A stretch of DNA of 64,000 nt from Heptranchias perlo (lineage: Eukaryota), in contig NC_090363.1 in assembly GCF_035084215.1 (NCBI RefSeq), positions 2,170,001 to 2,234,000 on the forward strand, given 5' to 3'. The notes under the pieces are model-generated. The model searched no databases. It was not told where the DNA came from and worked only from the letters and a program-made list of their open reading frames with translations. Shown piece after piece: positions 57,500 to 64,000 of the stretch (its first letter is position 1; each line of letters begins with the position of its first letter). The position numbers were made by a program, and so were the translations under genes.

Positions 57500-58800
57500 A
57501 TAAGAACATTAGGAACAGGAGGAGGCCATTCAGCCCCTCGAGCCTGTTCCGCCATTCAATTGGATTGTGACTCATCTGCATCTCAACTCCATTTACCCGC
57601 CTTGGTTCTCAATATCTCTTGATATCCTTACCTAACAAAAATCTATCTATCTCAGTCTTAAAAGCTCGAATTGTTCCCGGCCTTTTAGGGGAGAGAATTC
57701 CGGAGTTCCACTCAGCTTTGTGTGAAAAAGTGCTTCCTGATTTCGCTGCTGAATCACCTAGCTCTAATTTTAAGGTTATGCCCCCTTGTTCTGGACTCCC
57801 CCATCAGAGGAAATAGTTTCTCTATGTAACCTATCAAATCCTTTAGTCGTCTTAAACATCTCAATTAGATCACCCCTTGATCTTCTATACTCAAGGGAGT
57901 AAAAGCCTAGTCTATGCAACCTGGCCTCATAATTTAACCCTTTTGGCCCCAGTATCATTCTGGTGACTCTGCGCTGCACCCCCTCCAAGGCCGATATATC
58001 CTTCCTGAGGTGCGGTGCCCAGAACTGAGCTCTCCAGATGGGGTTCAACCAGAGCTTTATGAAACTGTAACATAACTACCATCCCTTTGTATTCCAGCCC
58101 TCTTGAGGTAAAGGCCAACATTCCATTAGCCTTTTTTTTTATTACTTTATGTACCTGTCCACTTGCTTTAAATGATTTGTACACTTGGACTCCCAAATCT
58201 CTTTGCTCCCCTCTTATTTTCTCACCATTTAGAAACTACTCAGATTTACCTTGCTTGGGCCCAAAGTGGATGATCTCACACTTGCCCACGTTGAACTCCT
58301 TTTGACGTAGTTTTGCCCACTCCCTTAATCTGCCCATGTCCCTTTGCAAGTCGCTGCTCCCATCTGCACTACTTACTGTCCCTCCTAACTTAGCGCCATC
58401 TGCGAACCTGGATAAACAACTCTCTCCTCCTTCATCCAACTCATTCATAAATATGGTGAAACGTTGAGGCCCCAGAACAGATCCCTGGGGACCATCACTT
58501 GTCGCATCCGGCCAATCTGAGTACCTACCCTTTATCTCCACACTCTGCATCCAACTTCCCAACCAATTTCCAACCCAATCAAAAGGCCACCTCCCATTCT
58601 GTGCACTCTCATTTTTGCTAATTATGTCTTGTGTGGGACTTTATCGAATATCTTCTAGAAATCCATATCGACAACATCTGTAGACGCTCCCTTATCTACC
58701 TTATTAGTGACCTGTAAAATTCAACTAGAATAGTCAGACGTGACTTACCCTTAACAAAGCCGTGCTGGCTTTGACCAGCCCATATTTATTCAAGTACTCA
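57500..58800 (-). mobile_element. CR1 LINE fragment including a decayed RT core
   Basis: GPQGSVLGPQRFTIFMNELDEG...SRFADGAKLGG (PQGSVLGP and decayed FADD), followed by the CR1 C-terminus and 3' end. Confidence 0.9.
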
Positions 58801-59504
58801 CTTTATAGAGAGAGGGGTTGAGAGGGAGAGTGGCCGTGATAGGGGGAGAGGTTGTGATAGGGAGATTAGACACCACAAACTTACTGTCCTTACCCGGTCT
58901 GGGCCTATATGTGACTCCAGTCCCACACTAAAGTAGTTGACTCTTAACTGCCCTCTGAAATGGCCTAGCAAGACACTCGGTTACCACTTTCTCAGGGTAA
59001 CTAGTAATGAATGCTGGTCTTGCCAGAGCCTGAGGATGAAATTTTTTAAAAGATGGGCATCCATTGCATGCCTTGTGTAATCAGCAGCTGATGATATGGT
59101 TTCCTGTAAATCCAGTTAATTTTTTTGTGTACACAGTGTGAATCAGGCAAAACAATGGCCTAAACATGGTGGGGGGTGGGAGCTTTTGCTCATGAATGGA
59201 TCAATGTCCAGCATTGATTGTGTTCAGCTATTTAATGACAAAAATGCAAAGAAACTATGCGGTTATAGCGTTGAAGGATAAAGCATTAACTTTACCTTAG
59301 CTCTGAAACGCACCCTTCGAAAGTCACAGCTTCCCCATGTTTGATTCTGATTCCTTGTTTACGTTGGAGTTAATGAAAAGCTGAAAGTTAAATAGTCTCT
59401 CACCACCTCATCCCCTCCCCTTTGGTTTGCCCTCCGAGTCGGGGCTCAGTGTCAGGTGCGCTGACGTGAACTGGTGGAATTTTTCTTCAGTCCAAGAATC
59501 AGGA

Positions 59505-59559
59505 ATGAAGCTGCTCGATTTGCTCGCGCTCTGTCTCACTCTCCTGCCCGGTGTTCAAG
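59505..59559 (+). CDS. Complement factor B/C2 exon 1 (signal peptide MKLLDLLALCLTLLPGVQ)
   Basis: Hydrophobic signal peptide, G|GTAAGT donor, phase 1 fitting the CCP exon downstream. Confidence 0.8.
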
Positions 59560-59699
59560 GTAAGTGAGCCATCCGGCTGAGGTTAGCAAGTCAAGAGTCC
59601 GCCTTTCTGATTCTGTGATGCGTTGACATCGTAGAGGGCGACCTTTCTCCTGTGGAATTGACTGGCTGGGTCTTGGACCTAAACTACTGTTGTCTCTTG

Positions 59700-60150
59700 A
59701 TAAAGAACGAACTTGCATTTAAATAGCACCTTTCATGACCTTAGGATGTCCCAAAGCGCTTTACAGTCAATGAAATACAATCGCTGCTGTAATGTAGGGA
59801 ATGCAGCAGCCAATTTGCGCACAGCAAGCTCCCACAAACAGCAATGAAGTGAATGACCCAGATCATCTTTACGTATTGGTTGGGGGATAAATGTTGACCG
59901 GGATACTGGGAGAACTTCTCTGCTCTTCTTCGAAATAGTGCCATGGATCCTTCACGGCCACCTGAGAGGGCAGATGGGGGCCTCGATTTAGCATCTCATC
60001 TGAAAGACGGCAACTCCGGCAGTGCAGCATTGCCTCAATACTGCACTGGGAGTGTCAGTCCAGATTTAACACTCATGTCCCTGGAGTGGGACTTGAGCCC
60101 ATGACCCTGTGGCTCGGGCAAAAGTACCACTGAGCCATGGCTGACACCGT
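59700..60150 (-). mobile_element. Deu-domain SINE
   Basis: Tail, Deu core and tRNA-like head in reverse orientation. Confidence 0.8.
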
Positions 60151-60470
60151 GGGATTGGACTAGGTGGCTCATGGAGAAAAAGACCAGCACGGATTTGATG
60201 GGCTGATTGGCCTGTTTCTGTACTGGAACATTCCATGATTCTATAACAGAGGGGGAGGGTGTTCCTCTTATAGATGAGAACCAATCAAATAATTTGATTT
60301 ATTAGTTGTGACAATTTGACTGGATGACATCAATTTTCGTATCCAATCAGCCAATGGAGTTTCTTTTCCTGGACCCATTTCCATGTCAAGGTGCTTCAGG
60401 GCAGTGAGAAAACCTCCCCCCTCCCCCCACCTCCCCCTTTGCAGCGTTACATTCATAAATATCATTGCAG

Positions 60471-60680
60471 GAGCAGATGAACACTTCGAAATAACCTGTG
60501 ATCCTGACGTCCAGATAATTGGTGGCATGGTGAGAAAGTCCAATGGTAACGAAGTGGGTAGCATTTTGACGTACGAGTGTCCTGATCGGTACCACCCATT
60601 CCCAGTGTCCAGCAGAAGATGTCGGAGCACTGGACAGTGGACCAGGCTGCCCCACAGCGTGATCACGGCCAATTGCAAAG
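60471..60680 (+). CDS. Complement factor B/C2 exon 2 (CCP/sushi domain 1)
   Basis: 210 nt, phase 1-1. Encodes ITCDPDVQIIGG...GSILTYECPDRYHPFPVSSRRCRSTGQW...ANCK, like CFB CCP1 (YPYPVQTRTCRSTGSW). Confidence 0.9.
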
Positions 60681-60864
60681 GTGAGCCACCCTCCTTTCCT
60701 TTCTCTTATTTGTCCCTTCCTTCCTTCATGCCTTCAAGCTTCCCTCCTCTCTTTCCTACTTGCTTTGTTTTCACTGGGGGTGGGGGGTTCCCACTGACCC
60801 CCGTTTCCCACGTTACCCACCCTACCCGCCCTGCCCCATCTCTGTCGAAGGCCTGGTGCCATGC

Positions 60865-61495
60865 ACTGGACCAGCCCCATAAATACTGGGCTACAAGAGC
60901 AGGTCAGAGGCTGTGTATTCTGTGGCGGGTGACTCACCTCCTGATTCCCCATAGCCTTTCCATCATCTACAAGGCACAAGTCAGGAGTGTGATGGAATAC
61001 TCTCCACTTGCCTGGATGAGTGCAGCTCCAACAACACTCAAGAAGCTTGACACCATGCAGGATAAAGCAGCCCGCTTGATTGGCACCCCATCCACCACCC
61101 TAAACATTCACTCCCTTCACCACCGGCGCACTGTGGCTGCAGTGTGTACCATCCACAGGATGCATTGCAGCAACTCGCCAAGGCTTCTTCGACAGCACCT
61201 CCCAAACCCGCGACCTCCTCCACCTAGAAGGACAAGGGCAGCAGGTACATGGGAACAACTTCACCTGCACGTTCCCCTCCAAGTCACACACCATCCCGAC
61301 TTGGAAATATATCGGCCGTTCCTTCATCCTCGCTGGGTCAAAATCCTGGAACTCCCTTCCTAACAGCACTGTGGGAGAACCTTCACCACACGGACTGCAG
61401 CGGTTCAAGAAGGCGGCTCACCACCACCTTCTCAAGGGCAATTAGGGATGGGCAATAAATGCCGGCCTCACCAGCGACACCCACATCCCATGAAT
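60865..61495 (+). mobile_element. Non-LTR retrotransposon (CR1/L2/Crack group) ORF2 C-terminal fragment plus 3' UTR
   Basis: SLSIIYKAQVRSVMEYSPLAWMSAAPTTLKKLDTMQDKAARLIG...LHHRRTVAAV. The same tail occurs at ~4840-5070. Confidence 0.8.
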
Positions 61496-61940
61496 GATTT
61501 TTTTTTAAAAGCCCTGGATACAGTGCCAGCATCTTCTGTGCCTCTGCTCGTTGGCCTTCATGTGGGTGAGTGAGTGTTGCGGGACCAATTGACTGTGGAA
61601 GGCACCGGGAACGAAGAGTAATGTTCTCCTCACCCAAAATCCACACAGGGGTTCACCTTTGAGCAGGGTTCACTGCATAAAGGACCAGCTGTGGCAACCC
61701 AGGCTAATTTCCCTCCTCCGCAGGCCCAACTGAGACCAGGTGGTAGTGTCTCTATCATTACGTTGGCTGGGACCAACTAACTCAGCACCAATCAGAGACT
61801 GAACCTCCCTGATCTCCACGTTTCAGTACCACACCATCTTGGACCTGACATTTCTAAAGCCTTCTACGCTGCAGTCTCCCTCAAGCCCTGAGGTCAACAC
61901 TAGGCAGCTCAGCCTTGCTAAGGTGTTTCTATCTCCCTAG

Positions 61941-62123
61941 AGTTTAGATGTCCAACTCCTATACTCGAAGATGGCATGTTCAATCCGGTCAATACTTCCT
62001 ACAGCATTGGGGAAACCATCATATTTGAGTGCTACGATGGATATGAGCTGCTTGGCTCAGGAAGCAGGACCTGCATGAGGAACGGCAGATGGAATGGAAC
62101 AACCACCATCTGCAACACAGGAT
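61941..62123 (+). CDS. Complement factor B/C2 exon 3 (CCP/sushi domain 2); the gene continues beyond the window
   Basis: 183 nt, phase 1-1. Encodes FRCPTPILEDG...YSIGETIIFECYDGYELLGSGSRTCMRNGRWNGTTTICNTG, compared with CFB [35 protein letters not shown]. CFB and C2 cannot be distinguished from these exons. Confidence 0.92.
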
Positions 62124-62324
62124 GTAAGTTAAGACCATCTCATGTGGCCTTCCTTGGGATTTCCTTAGCATCTCCTTGGACGTATTTGGTTTACAAGGAC
62201 AGTGAAGTCCTTGACTATGAAGGGGAATTGACAAAGCTGATCAGGAGAAATGGTTCACTGTGGCACTGGGCTCAAAGATCAGGGGTCATAGGTGAATTAG
62301 AAGGAAGAAGGGAAGTCAGGAAGA

Positions 62325-63110
62325 AAAGAAAGAACTTCTATTTATATAGCTCCTATCACAGCCTCAGGACGTCCCAAAGCAGATCGCAGCCAATGAATTA
62401 CCTTGAAGTGCTATTGCTATTGTTTTGTAGACTGCCATGTTGTGCAAAATTCCATAAACGGCAATGGGATAAACCATCATAATCTGTTTTTGGTTGAGGG
62501 ATAAATAAATGTCGGCCAGAACGTTGGGAGAACTCCCCTGCTCTTCTTCGAATAGTGCCATGAGATCTTTTACATCCGTCTGGAGATGTATGAGGTCTCC
62601 ATCCTAATGTCTCAACTGAAAGACGGCACCTCTGACGATGCAACTCCCTCTTGCTACTTGTCTCAGTCTTACCTCACTGGGTGGCACTTTCAACTCGGAG
62701 TCACAGGAGTTGTGGGCTCGAGCCCCGCCCCAGAGAACTGAGCACCGGATCCAGGCTGACACTCCAGTGCAGTACTGAGGGAGTGCTGCATTATCAGAAG
62801 TGCTGTCTTCTGAATGAGACGTTAGTCCAAGACCCCGCCTGCCCTCTCAGTTAGACCATAAAAGATCCCATCTCACTATTCGAAGAGGAGCATGGGAAGT
62901 GTCCTATCGGATGTTTATCCTTCAAACAACATCACTATGACGGATTACCTGGTTATTCATCTCGTTGCTCTTTGTGGGATCTTGCTGTGCGCAAATTGGC
63001 TGCTGTGTTTGCCTACATTACAACAGTGACTACACTTCAAAAGTTCTTCATTGGCTGTGAGGTGCTTTGGGACATCCTGAGGTGCTGTATCAAGGCAAGT
63101 TCTTTCCTTC
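62325..63110. mobile_element. Inverted pair of Deu-SINEs (minus ~62325-62650, plus ~62670-63110)
   Basis: Core motifs in both orientations. Confidence 0.75.
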
Positions 63111-63484
63111 TGACTGCGTTGACCTGTCAGCCCAGGTGATGTGCTCAAGTCTCTGGAGTGCGACTTGAACCTTCTGACCAGTGTGTGACTGCTGAGCCAA
63201 ACTGGCAGCAGCTTTATTCAGCAAAGAGTTGTGGAGAGTTCAAGCAGACAGAACAAATGAATCGGAGAGACAGTCGAGTACCTTTCTGGAGAATGAAGAC
63301 ATGAATCTCTGGAGAAAGAATTATGCGATGAAGATGGTTATGAAGGAGTCTGGAGAAGCTTATCCAAGCATGCTGCTCACTACATTGAAAGGTTCACTTC
63401 AATACCAGGGTGGTACATGTTGTCAATCAGGAACTTAGGAGCAAGAAAGAAATTTTTTCCACCTCAATTTTTGAATCAGAGGAA

Positions 63485-64000
63485 GATACAGGGCTATGGG
63501 GAGAGAGTGGGGCAGTGGGATTAGTTTGGGGATCGATACAGGGCTATGGGGAGAGAGTGGGGCAGTGGGATTAGTTTGGGGATTGATACAGGGCTATGGG
63601 GGGAGTGCGGGGCAGTGGGATTAGTTTGGGGATTGATACAGGGCTATGGTGAGAGAGCGGGGCAGTGGGATTAGTTTGGGGATTGATACAGGACTATGGG
63701 GAGAGAGTGGGGCAGTGGGATTAGTTTGGGATTGATACAGGGCTATGGGGGGAGAGCGGGGCAGTGGGATTAGTTTGGGGATTGATACAGGACTATAGGG
63801 GAGAGAGCGGGGCAGTGGGATTAGTTTGGGATTGATACAGGGATATGGGGAGAGAGAGGGGCAGTGGGATTAGTTTGGGACTGATACAGGACTATTGGGG
63901 AGAGAGAGGGGCAGTGGGATTAGTTTGGGACTGATACAGGACTATGGGGAGAGAGTGGGGCAGTGGGATTAGTTTGTGGATTGATATAGGACGATGGGGA
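63485..64000. repeat. 49-50-bp minisatellite, same family as 47855-48528
   Basis: GATACAGGGCTATGGGGAGAGAGTGGGGCAGTGGGATTAGTTTGGG tandem units. Confidence 0.95.

Noticed and set aside
59365-59490. Possible IRF, HNF1 and NF-kB-like motifs upstream of the Bf/C2 ATG
   Set aside because: Matches are imperfect (for example GAAAAGCTGAAAGT has non-canonical spacing) and cannot be supported by eye.
60383-61363. 326-aa ORF fusing a sushi domain to an RT-like C-terminus
   Set aside because: Chance read-through from the CCP1 exon past its GTGAG donor into an intronic LINE fragment.

Overview
Vertebrate genomic DNA, most likely a cartilaginous fish (shark), judged from the CR1 LINE and Deu-domain SINE repertoire. 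It corresponds to the MHC class III region. The minus strand carries the 5' half of EHMT2 (G9a), exons 1-11, at 3-32123. The plus strand carries two intronless ZBTB12-like BTB-zinc-finger paralogues (35382-36680 and 52416-53768), an intronless, apparently catalytically dead TIGD3-like pogo/Tigger-derived gene between them (45745-47055), and the first three coding exons of a complement factor B/C2 gene (59505-62123). The main novelty is in EHMT2: the 3' half of exon 4, which encodes the G9a histone-H3-mimic automethylation motif, has been tandemly duplicated into four extra in-frame (phase 0-0) cassette exons. This gives five H(R/K)ARKS motifs, and the new splice acceptors appear to be recruited from former coding sequence. 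Other signals are a 122-nt identical tract shared by the two otherwise diverged ZBTB12 BTB domains, a hairpin-containing direct repeat bracketing EHMT2 exon 10, and minisatellites born inside SINE/LINE copies. The window has several N gaps, a probable false assembly duplication (12565-16158) and indel-type errors, so single-base lesions should be treated cautiously. All calls come from manual reading and recalled protein sequences; no database search was run.
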